Assembly: GCA_032718475.1 (NCBI GenBank)
Contig: JAUCBJ010001939.1
Span: 1 to 64,000, forward strand
Direction: 5' to 3'
DNA length: 64,000 bases
Source of the DNA: Nemertoderma westbladi
Lineage: Eukaryota > Animalia > Xenacoelomorpha
Each line of letters begins with the position of its first letter. Position 1 is the first letter of the stretch. This document shows positions 1 through 10,436 of this stretch, piece by piece. Made by a program: the position numbers and the translations under genes. The notes beneath the pieces were generated by a model. That model had not been told where the DNA came from. It searched no databases and saw nothing but the letters and a program-made list of their open reading frames with translations.

Positions 1-2
1 AC

Positions 3-3000
3 GAATCCCGCGTTCAGGAATATACCAATAATGTGTCATCTAATGAGATGTATCCAGATGTGCCGAATTATTTAAATTATATGGGGTTATATGCTTCACG
101 TGCTTTTAACACGACGGCATCGGCTTTTATTGATATGTTTTATAAAGTGTGGTTAATTGCTTCGGTGATAATGGAACGCGATGATGCTAATTATACTCTA
201 CAAGAAGAATTCCATTTTACTTCTATCGGTACAGATAATTATATTGAAAATAGCCCGGATTTTGACGAATGGTACTACGCAGTCTTTTCCCATATCGGTG
301 AAAAAATATCACAATTTATTAGGCGGGGTAGCGGCTGGAAACTTGTAACTCTATCGCGCATCAAACTTACTATTGCGTCATACTTGCGATCGGCATATCG
401 TTTTGGACATAGCGGCGATGCCAACCAATCAATCCCAACGAAATTAAAAAATAAACATTGTGTAATAAATGTACCGTGTAATGAAGGTGAATGTTTTAAG
501 TGGGCGGTCCTGACAGCAAAATTTTCAAAACATATATCGGATGATCACACACTGCGCCATGTTTCACGCCAAAGTTCTTATAATCAGTATTTAGGGTTTT
601 TTAATTTAAGCGAATTAGACTCTACCCTATCATGGAAACTAAATATTCTAAAGTTTGAAAAAAATAATCCAAATTATTTAATAAATTTATTGTATTTTGA
701 TAGAAGTAGTGAAAAAATTTCCTTTCTACGACAACCAAGTGCTAAAAAAGCTGAAGGTAAAAGATTGCTAAATTTATTGCTTATTGAACGTCAAAATTTA
801 ACCTCAACAAATCACATCGTCGGGGTTTCTAACTTAAATAGATTATTTAATGGTCGTGGGGAAGGCAATAGCGAGTATCATTGTCATCGTTGTGAGCGGT
901 GTATTCGCGGTTTCTACAGTCCAAATGCGTTAGAACGCCATAGATTGTGGTGTTGGCAAGGTGGACGTCAAATAGAGGAGATGCCATCTAAACTGAATTT
1001 ACGCTTTACTAATTACTATAAGTCTGTGAGCACACCTTTCATAGTATATATGGATTTCGAAGTGGTACTAGCCCCAACAAATAATGTAAAAAAATATTAT
1101 ATAGCCGAACATCTCCCGTCGGCTGTTTCATATTTGATTGTCTCCAACGGTGAATTAATTAACCCCCCAAATTATTTTTTGTCTACATTTAGACAAAATA
1201 TCGATAATAACTCGGTACAGAATTTTATCGATAGTCTGGTTTTTGATTTATTTAAGTGTTATGAATGGTCTACCTTTAACACACACCACCCCAAACACCT
1301 GGATCACACACAATACCAAGCTTATATGCGTACCACAAATTGCTTTAATTGTAAATCATTTTTTCGGAAAGATATAAATCCAAGTGTGATGCATCACAAC
1401 CATTACAATGGGGCTTTCATTGGTGCGGCGTGTATTTCCTGTAATAAACAATTAAGCGTTAAACGTCACCTATTCCCAGTTGTCTGTCATAATTTTTTTT
1501 TTTATGATTCACATTTAATTTTACAAAAAGGGTTTGCCGGTAGTAAATATAAAAATTGGAACATTGAAACCATTGCAAAAAATACTGACTGATATATCTC
1601 ACTCCGTATCGATATTCCAACGTCAGAAGCACTTAGCGTGCTTGGTTATGCTATTCCAGAAAAGGACGTAAGAGGGCTCCCAACCAGCAAATCAATAACT
1701 ATACAGTTTATTGATTCATTCGCGTTTATGGGATTTTCCCTTTCTGCTTTGGCTGGGTTTTTGACAAAAGATGTGTCAGATTTAACAACCGTTATTCCGC
1801 ACACCGTGAAGCAAATGAGAAAATTATATCCAAATGTTACCGACGAAATTTTACGTCGTAAGTCAGTTTTTCCTTACGAATATGTCGATTCCTTAAGTAA
1901 ATTGGAGGATACTAAATTACCACATCCAAAAGAGTTTTACAGTGAATTAACATTATCATCTATTAGCCCTGAAGAATATACATTTGCACATCTTTCGTGG
2001 GAGCAATTTCAATGTAAGACACTTTTTGATTATTTGGAAGCTTACTTACATCTTGACGTTTTGCTGCTAGCCGATATTTTTGAAAATTTTCGCGCATATT
2101 GTACTAAACATTATTCGCTTGAGGTGTCGAACTATTACACGATGGCAGGGGTTAGTTGGGACGCGGCTTTGAGATTTTCCAAGTCACATATTCGTCTACT
2201 TGCAGACCATGAAATGTATTTAACATTCGAAAATTCCATTAGGGGTGGAGTTTCTTACACCAACCTTCATATGGCAAATGCGAATATACCAGGCACAGAA
2301 ACATACGACCCTAATAAACCTGAAGCTCATTTATATAATTTAGATTTCAACAGTTTATATAGCGGTTCTTTGTCGGAGAAACTTCCTTATTCTGACTTTG
2401 AATGGTTGGATGTTGATAGTGTCGATATCATGAGTCTGGAAATTGACGATATATATGGATACTTCGCAATTGTAGACCTCGAATACCCAATGACTATTCA
2501 TGATGCCACAGCTGAGCTTCCATTTGCACCGGAGCATATTAAACTCGATAGTAGGTATCTCAGCCCACACATGAAAAGTCTTTGGCGACATTATAATGGC
2601 GATAAAATTTTCAATAGCCCAGCAAAAAATTGATGTTAACCCAATTTGATAAGTATGAGTACGGTGTGCATCTAAAATTATTGCGCTTTTATATTCATCA
2701 TGGTATGCGTTTGATTAAAGTTCATAAACTTATTAGATTTAAGCAAGGTTACATTTTTAAGGATTTTATTGAATATAACACGCAGCAAAGAAAAATTGCG
2801 CGCAATGACTTTTATGATAAGTTTCACAAAGGAACAAATAACGCGCTTTTCGGGAAAAGCATGGAGAATATACGGGACCGTGTCTCATTTCGCTTATGTA
2901 ATTCAATCGAGAAATGTGACTTATTATTATCCAAGCCGAATCACGAAAATTTAATTATGTTCACTGATTCATTATCAGGTCACGTCCTATCTAAGACTGC

Positions 3001-3661
3001 GGTTTGTTTGCATAAACCTATTTTTTTAGGCCAAGCTGTGTTGGACTTGTCAAAGTTAGATTACTACACTTTTTTCTACGATAAGTTAAAGCCCATGGAA
3101 GCCGAATTAAATTGTAGTATAAATTTGTTAGGTGGGGACACGGATTCTTTTTTTTTACAGTGTGTTGGTTTATCCCAACACCAATTTTTATCTGCGTTAC
3201 AATCAAAAAAAGTTTTAGACTGTTCAAATTACCCTATTACGCATCCGTTGTATACAGTAGAACAGAAAGGGAAATATAGATATTTAAAGGATGAAGGGAA
3301 GTCTATCCCGTTTGACCAGGTTATTTTACTTAGACCAAAATGTTATAGCTTTCGTGGGGGGTCAGTTCCAAAACGTGTCGCTAAAGGCGTAGGAAAAATG
3401 GTTATAAAAAAGAAACTCTCCCACGAATCATATTTAAAAGTATATAACGAGGTTAGCGAGCATTACGAATACAGTCAAAGGTTTCAATCTAATTTACATA
3501 AAATATACACCGTTTCACAAAGAAAAAAATCGCTAACACTGTGGGAAGATAAAAGGTACTACACATCGACTAATGAAAGTCTACCTTACGGCCATTATAA
3601 AACACATTTGGATCGTAAAGCGCCAGCCCCTAAGCTTTATATGCCGCCCATTATAGAATAG
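3..3661 (+). pseudogene. polB: Protein-primed family B DNA polymerase (pPolB), disrupted; frame open past the left window edge
   Basis: ORFs 33-1592, 1638-2633 and 2630-3661 are one gene. It has an in-frame TGA at 1590-1592 (KNTD*YISL) and a 1-nt shift in an A6 run at 2624-2629. Motifs: DFE, HNFFFYDSH, YLHLDVLLL (exonuclease); DFNSLY, KGTNNALFGK, DTDS (polymerase); N-terminal CFKWAV...H and Zn-binding CxxC segments. Confidence 0.93.
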
Positions 3662-3670
3662 CAGATTGCG

Positions 3671-4231
3671 ATGTCTTTTAGTGTTGTCAACAGTAATATA
3701 AGTTTGAGGTTGGTTGATGGGCGCATATCATTCGATGTGCTGGCTAAACGAATTCGAAATGGAAAACTCATCTTAAAGCCTTTCCAATATATCGCCAAAA
3801 TTTGCGGATGGACGTGTCTCTTTTTCCCGAGCGGTAAGGTCACTGTACTCGGTAAATCACCTAAAATAAAAAAAATTATTAAGTATATATATAAGCATAC
3901 TGATTATAAACTAACTTTTATTTCAATCAATAGCCAAACTTATATTATTAACAATCTAGACATAGACTATAGCAAATTAATGAAAACGGTTGGGTTTCAT
4001 TTTTTAGATAATTATTATAATGTGGAGGTGAAATATGAGCCGGAGATATTTAATAATATTCTTGTGCAGTTTTATCGTCGGGGTAAAACTAGTTCTAATA
4101 TTATAACATTTTGCGTTTTTTACACACGAAATGTTGTGTGTATGGCAAGACCCGAGATATTTCGAGTATTTTTTCCAAAGTTTTTGAATTTTATTGGTAA
4201 TTTAGATAGTCATTTAGGTAGAAATATTTAA
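3671..4231 (+). CDS. TATA-box-binding protein (TBP)-like protein encoded by the Maverick
   Basis: 186 aa, the size of a TBP core. LAKRIRN..KPF ~ IALRARN..KRF; TCLFFPSGKVTVLG ~ TALIFSSGKMVCTG; YEPEIF ~ YEPELF; FCVFYTRNVVC ~ LLIFVSGKVVL. Confidence 0.8.
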   Translation: MSFSVVNSNISLRLVDGRISFDVLAKRIRNGKLILKPFQYIAKICGWTCLFFPSGKVTVLGKSPKIKKIIKYIYKHTDYKLTFISINSQTYIINNLDIDYSKLMKTVGFHFLDNYYNVEVKYEPEIFNNILVQFYRRGKTSSNIITFCVFYTRNVVCMARPEIFRVFFPKFLNFIGNLDSHLGRNI

Positions 4232-4675
4232 TATTTAATTTTTTCATTTCTGGCGCCAGTTTTAGGTTTGTCCAGTGGGATCTCGTTAGGTTTTTAAATA
4301 AACACAGATATTAACATTATTCGCATTATATATATATATATATATATAACGTGTTTTATCGGTAGTCTTAGGTTGTCAAGGGCGTCAATTTCATTTCTGA
4401 CGTCGGTTTTACATTTACATAAATCTAGTCTATCTGTCTATTTGTCGGTCTTTCTGTCCGTCAGTATGTCAAAATTAATTCATTGTTCGCGTTATATAAT
4501 GTATTTTATTAATTATTATTGATGTTAGGTTTAAAGAGTGACGGTTTCTATAATTGCTCGGTTTTATCGCGTGAAAAACCCCACCCACGCATATAATCGA
4601 TACTATTTATAACGGTGGTGGTGTTTTATTACTTACTATTATTGTTCTCGTTTATATAAGTTATTAATATATGTA

Positions 4676-5137
4676 ATGAAATCACTCAAAGCTTTAATTA
4701 AACAATTTGATGGGGATTTAAAGTTCTTATCTAACGCCCCCCTCAACCGTAGAAAAACCTTCTTACGCGTCGGTGGAACCAACGAACTTATAAGTTTTCT
4801 AATTAATATTATTCTAAATGTATTAAATGGTAACGTAAAAATTCCTGAGCAAACAATCGTGAGGTTAAAACGCCATAAAAAAACAATACGCGAGATCGCT
4901 AAAAAACCAAAAGCCAAGTATCCCATTCGAATTTATCGTAAACGATTGGTGCAAAGGGGTGGATTTATAAATCTACTAATCTCCGGTTTAATGAGTGGGC
5001 TTAACGCTTATCAGAAAATATCACCCATAATAACGGCTGTAAGAGGCAGAAAATTAGCCCAATCCCGCCGGGGGTATAGACCTACTACCTCTGGCACACG
5101 CGTCAACCGTCAAGTTTCTAGGTTTCCCATCTACTGA
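4676..5137 (+). CDS. Basic Maverick virion/core protein with adenain-type cleavage motif
   Basis: K/R-rich; ILNVLNGNVKI...RLKRHKKTIREIA...QRGGFINLL pattern recurrent in Maverick small proteins; a GG motif precedes a hydrophobic/amphipathic helix. Confidence 0.7.
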   Translation: MKSLKALIKQFDGDLKFLSNAPLNRRKTFLRVGGTNELISFLINIILNVLNGNVKIPEQTIVRLKRHKKTIREIAKKPKAKYPIRIYRKRLVQRGGFINLLISGLMSGLNAYQKISPIITAVRGRKLAQSRRGYRPTTSGTRVNRQVSRFPIY

Positions 5138-5154
5138 GTGGCTACCTATCAACA

Positions 5155-5623
5155 ATGTCCCGAGAGCCGACGATATCACGGGAACCAATCACATCATACG
5201 ACGCCTCTTTCAAGATGGGTTCGGCCATGATTATTGCGGGTCCAAGTTCTTCCGGAAAAACAGTGTTGGTATCAAAAATTGTAAAAAATAAAAATTTAGT
5301 TTTTGATATAACCCCGAAGCGTGTATTATTCTTTTATGGCGCCACCCCACCAGAATTCCCGGGTATAACACATCTATTCAAAGATAGACCTACCCAAAAA
5401 GAAGATCTACCCAAAAAATAGCAATTTTATTGTTCAAGCATATAGTGACGCCACACAAAAACCATTCACACACCTTCTCTTAGACTTTCATCAAAAAACG
5501 GATGATAGTATAAGAGTTAGGGGTGATATTTTCAACCCATTAGGGCAAACTGTTTATCAACCCACGAATATGAACTCTAACACACCTCACCAACGCCCCG
5601 AGGCTCAGTCTATACCGCAGTAG
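5155..5623 (+). pseudogene. A32/FtsK-like DNA packaging ATPase with internal deletion and frameshift
   Basis: Walker A GPSSSGKT in 5155-5421. After the A6 run at 5413-5418 another frame reads NSNFIVQAYSDATQKPFTHLLLDFHQKTDDSIRVRGDIF (typical Maverick ATPase C-terminus) to TAG 5621-5623. Walker B and the central region are absent. Confidence 0.85.
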
Positions 5624-5744
5624 CGACGCCGTGCTAAAACCATTTTCACACATTGTTTAGACTTTCACCAAAATTAGGTTATTATCGGTCCATGAACGTG
5701 AACTCTAGTATATAGTATTAATATATTAATAATGATATATAACG

Positions 5745-6205
5745 ATGAAAAATAACGAGATTAGCCTCGGAAATTTTAAGAAGTTGTATCTAGTTTCTAC
5801 TTTATTAACGGATACTTATAATAATAATAATAAGAAAAGCAATAATATAATACAACCGCTAGATGGTGTGACAATTTCATCCCAGAAAGCCAAACGATTG
5901 TTGAGTTATTTGATGCGATTCTCGCGAGACAGAGTACGGTGGAGCGATAATAATAAACTCTATATAGAAAATAAACTTATTCCCGGAGCAAATATTGATC
6001 ATTTGATTGAATTGCTGACTACAAAAAAAATAAGAAGAACACCGAAATAATTCCAGGACAAGCAACATTTTTGGGGTTATTAAAACGATTAAGGATACCA
6101 AAACGATTAATTGGTCGCGGTTGGTTGAAACGGCAAAGGGTCCGCGTGACCCCTTCCAACACAAAACGCGTCGACGCGTGGAAACAATACGTAGGACTAC
6201 AATAA
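5745..6205 (+). pseudogene. Conserved small Maverick protein, frameshifted in an A8 run
   Basis: KAKRLL...VRWSDNNKLYIENKLIPGANIDHLI. After a -1 shift at 6023-6030 it continues IIPGQATFLGLLKRLRIPKRLIG...WKQYVGLQ* (TAA 6203-6205), matching my recollection of this family's C-terminal pattern. Confidence 0.6.
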
Positions 6206-6329
6206 ATCGACGTGCGGAAACAAAGCGCGGGATAACATTAAAATAGTAGTAGTAGTATGTTTTTTGAACGTTTCATATTAAGTATTAACTGTCATTGCAA
6301 GTGTTTTCTTCCACGACACGACACAACCG

Positions 6330-7415
6330 ATGGGGAGAATCGTAGAAAATCGAACAAACAAACGACTGGGAAGAATATATTACGATGTTTCAAATGCTGC
6401 CGGTTTCGCGAGCGTAACCAAACTAGCGAAAGCCGCTAAAGTTACGAGAAATCGCGCAAAAGAATGGTTGAGCTCCCAACGAACGTATTCCCTACACGCG
6501 CCGGCTAGGCGCCATTACCCGACATCAAAAATCTTCACGAGCGGTATTGGCGATCTATACCAAGCGGATTTGTGCGATATGCAACCTTTTAGGGGTGAGA
6601 ATAATGGCTACGGTTACATACTTACTTGTATTGACTGTTTTAGTCGGAAGGCGTGGGCGTTGGGTCTAAAACGTAAAACAGGGGTCGAAATTAAAAGGGC
6701 CCTAGCCACGATATTTGAAGATAGAAAACCTAAACGGCTAGCGGTTGATCAAGGAACTGAGTTTGTTAATAAATTGGTGAAAGATTTCTTACTGAACAAT
6801 AATGTTCATTTTTATACTTTAGTTAGCCAATTTAAAGCTAGTATCTGTGAAAGGCTGAATCGCACCCTCAAATCTCGCATGTACAGAATTTTCACGAGGA
6901 AACAGAATAGAGAATGGATGGGTATATTGCCAAAAATATTGGTTGCATATAATAATTCAATACATAGAACCATTGGTATGGCGCCAAACTCTGTCAATAA
7001 AAAGAATGAAACTGACCTATTTTTAAAACTATATGGGAGTGTGGGTCATCCCAATAAAAGAAAACGTCGTGCGCAGCGTCGAGTTCATTTCAAGGTTGGT
7101 GATAAGGTGCGGCTGAGTTTAGCTAGAAAACCATTTGACAAAGGTTATACACCTAATTATACTGTAGAAATTTTCAAAATTTACAGAATAAGATTGGATC
7201 GAGAGCCGTACCCTATGTACGAAGTTGCGGACTCGAATGGGCGCGTTATAAAGGGGACATTTTATCGGCATGAAATCCAAAAGGTAATAGAACCATTTCA
7301 ATTCCTACCAATTGAAAAAATAATTAAAGAAAAAGTAAATAAAAGCGGCAAAAAGCAATATTTGGTTAAATTTGTTGGTTTTGCGGCACATCGGTGGGTT
7401 GATCACGTACAATAA
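6330..7415 (+). CDS. Retroviral-like (RVE) integrase with C-terminal chromodomain
   Basis: DDE triad YQADLCDM / AVDQGTEF / ICERLNRTLK; YNNSIHRTIGMAP; FKVGDKVR...FDKGYTPNYTVEIF; chromo-like IEKII...YLVKFVGF...WV. Confidence 0.96.
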   Translation: MGRIVENRTNKRLGRIYYDVSNAAGFASVTKLAKAAKVTRNRAKEWLSSQRTYSLHAPARRHYPTSKIFTSGIGDLYQADLCDMQPFRGENNGYGYILTCIDCFSRKAWALGLKRKTGVEIKRALATIFEDRKPKRLAVDQGTEFVNKLVKDFLLNNNVHFYTLVSQFKASICERLNRTLKSRMYRIFTRKQNREWMGILPKILVAYNNSIHRTIGMAPNSVNKKNETDLFLKLYGSVGHPNKRKRRAQRRVHFKVGDKVRLSLARKPFDKGYTPNYTVEIFKIYRIRLDREPYPMYEVADSNGRVIKGTFYRHEIQKVIEPFQFLPIEKIIKEKVNKSGKKQYLVKFVGFAAHRWVDHVQ

Positions 7416-7429
7416 TTAATTATATTATT

Positions 7430-8314
7430 ATGGATTACTTACATTTAACGTTGACTTCCAACGCCAGTCTAGATAAATATCCCGATAACACTCCCAGCGA
7501 TTTCACGATTGAGTTGTCCAAACCTATCCCCGTCAGCACAGATTGGGTCGTGGGTCTAAAGGAAATACAGTATGTGTCGACCTATAGAAATATTGAACAA
7601 AGATCTGGAATTAGAATTGGCGAATATATGTATGATGAGGATTTGGAATTTCATATAGCTCCATACAATCTTATAGAAATCGATTTCAATCTTGGGCTAT
7701 ATGCTTCTATTGAGTCAATTTTAAACCATATTAGTGTTTATTTGAAAAATCCCTCAATATCCCACCACGGTTTCAAAGATGTTAAGTTTAACTACCAAAA
7801 ACATACATCAAAAATTCGTCTACATTGTGAGAAAGGCCGCTATTTCCAATTCTATGGAGATATAATAAATATTTTCGGGTTATCGAGTTTAAAAAATAAT
7901 TTAATGGGTCTTGGGGCGCTTTGGGCAATACACTATAACAAAGATGATGGTTTATTGAACTTAGGCTGTAAAGATACAAACAAATTGGATGGGGTTGAAT
8001 TCCCTGAACCTTGTGATATAACGAGGGATAGACACACAATGTTTATATATACAGATATGATTGAATCTTCTCACGTAGGACATTCGATGGCGCCTCTTTT
8101 GCGGATAATCCCTTTGAAATGGGAACCATACTCATTCATCAACCTGGAATTCAAAAACACACATTACAAACAATTAAGAAATAAAAAAGTGCTCGACACA
8201 ATTAGTATAACGCTTCGCGACCATAAAGGAAAGCATATAGTCTTTCATGGAGGTAAAACAATTTTAGTTCTAGAACTCAAAAAACAACAACGGCGACAAA
8301 AACTACAAGAATGA
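7430..8314 (+). CDS. Minor capsid protein (penton) 1
   Basis: LTLTSNASLDKYPDNTPSDFTIEL..PI...WVVGLKEI; C-terminal MFIYTDMIE...VG...APLLRII...Y......I.I.LRD..G..I.F..G...LVL. Confidence 0.88.
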   Translation: MDYLHLTLTSNASLDKYPDNTPSDFTIELSKPIPVSTDWVVGLKEIQYVSTYRNIEQRSGIRIGEYMYDEDLEFHIAPYNLIEIDFNLGLYASIESILNHISVYLKNPSISHHGFKDVKFNYQKHTSKIRLHCEKGRYFQFYGDIINIFGLSSLKNNLMGLGALWAIHYNKDDGLLNLGCKDTNKLDGVEFPEPCDITRDRHTMFIYTDMIESSHVGHSMAPLLRIIPLKWEPYSFINLEFKNTHYKQLRNKKVLDTISITLRDHKGKHIVFHGGKTILVLELKKQQRRQKLQE

Positions 8315-9114
8315 ACAGTTATTACGTTGTACTACCCTCAAACGCAAACCCCATAGAATTCCCACATAATAGCGCCAGCGATTTCCAAACAAATTTGCAA
8401 ATTCCTTTACCTTTCGCTAAAGGGCAATGGTTAATAGGTTTAACCGGTATAACGTACGTATCTAGTATCAGGTATGACAATAGCGACATTTATATAAAGG
8501 CCATAAAAAATAAAAAAATGTTTACAAGAGATGTTACTCTCCCCGAAGGATCTTTCCTATCAGTGGAAAGGATCATTGAGTACTTCAACAAAAGCCTTAT
8601 TAAAGGCCAAATTAATATAATTGATAATACAGCACGCTCTGGTAATATAACCATACATTTTAAAGGTAAACAGTTGTCGATATTTGTCAGTAAACGTTTG
8701 GGTGGTTACCTAGGATTAACAGAACACGAGGTTGATGGCAAAGGTTTTATGTGTGTGCAAAATGCTGCGGGGGATTATCACTTGCTAAGGATTGATTCGC
8801 GGAATAATAAGTACGACTGCCATAAGCATCCTAATGCTGTCGAAATACTGGAACCCAACATAAATATACATATCAATTGCGTCGAACCTCAATTTGTAGA
8901 CAATAGCGAATACCCTCTGTTGCGTAGCATACCCATAGAAGGGGAATATGGGCAAATTATTAGTCGTGAAGTTGAGGAAGTCTACTATAAAAAAGTTAAT
9001 TCAACATCTAATTTACGTTATATACGAGTTCGATTGATTGGAGATTCCGGAAATTTGTTGCGCTTTCATTATGGAAATTCAATATTGACGCTTCATTTTA
9101 TACGAATTGATTGA
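8311..9114 (+). CDS. Minor capsid protein (penton) 2, divergent paralog
   Basis: VVLPSNANPIEFPHNSASDFQTNL..PL....WLIGLTGI; NCVEPQFV...PLLRSI...YYKKV...IRVRL...G..L.F..G...LTLHF. Its ATG overlaps the penton-1 TGA (ATGA). Confidence 0.85.
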   Translation: MNSYYVVLPSNANPIEFPHNSASDFQTNLQIPLPFAKGQWLIGLTGITYVSSIRYDNSDIYIKAIKNKKMFTRDVTLPEGSFLSVERIIEYFNKSLIKGQINIIDNTARSGNITIHFKGKQLSIFVSKRLGGYLGLTEHEVDGKGFMCVQNAAGDYHLLRIDSRNNKYDCHKHPNAVEILEPNINIHINCVEPQFVDNSEYPLLRSIPIEGEYGQIISREVEEVYYKKVNSTSNLRYIRVRLIGDSGNLLRFHYGNSILTLHFIRID

Positions 9115-9188
9115 GATAGTCACAATTTAATCGATGTAAATTATTTATTATTTATTATTATCTGATTATCTGAAGTTATAGCGACTAT

Positions 9189-9785
9189 ATGGATAAATTT
9201 CTAAGTCGCAGCCGTGGGCGTGATTATTACCCGACGCTGGAAAACCCGGGAATAATAGTAGATTTCCAATATTATACGCATCTTCCGCAGATCGACCAAC
9301 ACCCCGTTGCAACCATTTATTTTAAAGAGTTTGCGGCTTATAATACTACCATCAAATCATTAGAAAACGTATGGTTTATTAATGGTCCACCCGCAAAAAT
9401 TTTAAGTTTACGCGAATACGACCGTCTCACACAACTCGCCAATATTACGCATCACATTAATTTTGACTACGGATTTATGGACCAAAGCGCATTTAAAATA
9501 TACATACAGGAATGGTTACAAGAAAAAAAACGGTTGGGGTTTCAAATATTAATACGCGGAATACCGAAATTATTTATTTTAAAAAATGAATTTAATGTGA
9601 ATGGAACACTTCTAGAAACGTACGGCATAAACGAAAAATATGCCGATTATGACACCAAATGTCTTTTTCACGATTATTCAGCAATAACAAATTGTGCCTA
9701 CCATTCTGATAATAGTGATTCTTGTTTTAATTATTGTTCTGCGAAACTCGCGGTTGGTTATGGGAAATGGTTATCATCGAATTAA
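9189..9785 (+). CDS. Maverick accessory protein, probable degenerate DEDD/DnaQ-like exonuclease with Cys/His C-terminus
   Basis: IIVDFQYY...FKEFA...HHINFDYG...ILIRG..K...LETYG...CAYH...CSAK resembles a family seen in invertebrate Mavericks (from memory); acidic catalytic residues only partly kept. Confidence 0.45.
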   Translation: MDKFLSRSRGRDYYPTLENPGIIVDFQYYTHLPQIDQHPVATIYFKEFAAYNTTIKSLENVWFINGPPAKILSLREYDRLTQLANITHHINFDYGFMDQSAFKIYIQEWLQEKKRLGFQILIRGIPKLFILKNEFNVNGTLLETYGINEKYADYDTKCLFHDYSAITNCAYHSDNSDSCFNYCSAKLAVGYGKWLSSN

Positions 9786-9899
9786 TGTATATATAATTAA
9801 TTATTGTGTTATTATATGCTACTTATATTTGTTGATTACACATATACGTAAGTAGTAAAGAATTATTATTATATGTTATAATAAATACTCATAATAATA

Positions 9900-10427
9900 A
9901 TGTCAGATTCTGATTTGTTTAAATTATATAGCGCCCCACAAATCCAACTGGGAAGCGGGAATTATAGCGATATACCCGTTTTTAAGGGTGGAAGCATTCT
10001 CCCTGGGTTTGGCCCATCTACTGGTATATGGAATAATAAGAATAATAAATTCGGCCGGCGATACACCCAAAATCGTCAGCGTGGGCGCGGAATATTAACA
10101 ACTGGCCTAGGTATATTAGCGCGCAAGTTAGGGAGAAAGGTGCTAACTAAGGCACTCCCCAAAGCAGCGAAAGTAGCATGGAAATACATAATACCAGAAG
10201 GAAAACGTATTTTACGCAGTAAAGCAGATGATTTGATAAATAAAGTGGCCGAGCGGTTAGAACCTCATCCAAAGACACGCCAAATCGCCCAACGGGTATA
10301 CAATGAATTTACAAACCCGAAAAGTAAAAAAAAGAGGAGTGGGAAACGGCGACACCCAAGTGTGGGTATGAACGTTGGGCGGAAATGTAAAAAGCGAAAT
10401 AATAAATGTCGCGATATTTTTATGTAA
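9900..10427 (+). CDS. Basic core-like virion protein upstream of MCP
   Basis: QLGSG...PVFKG...QRGRGI..GLGILARKL plus K/R-rich tail; typical position immediately before the MCP. Confidence 0.7.
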   Translation: MSDSDLFKLYSAPQIQLGSGNYSDIPVFKGGSILPGFGPSTGIWNNKNNKFGRRYTQNRQRGRGILTTGLGILARKLGRKVLTKALPKAAKVAWKYIIPEGKRILRSKADDLINKVAERLEPHPKTRQIAQRVYNEFTNPKSKKKRSGKRRHPSVGMNVGRKCKKRNNKCRDIFM

Positions 10428-10436
10428 CTTAACAAA

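Noticed and set aside
1590-1595. Programmed readthrough or selenocysteine at the polB TGA
   Set aside because: Context TGA-TAT is not a known strong readthrough signal and no SECIS was recognised; a point mutation (e.g. CGA to TGA) is simpler.
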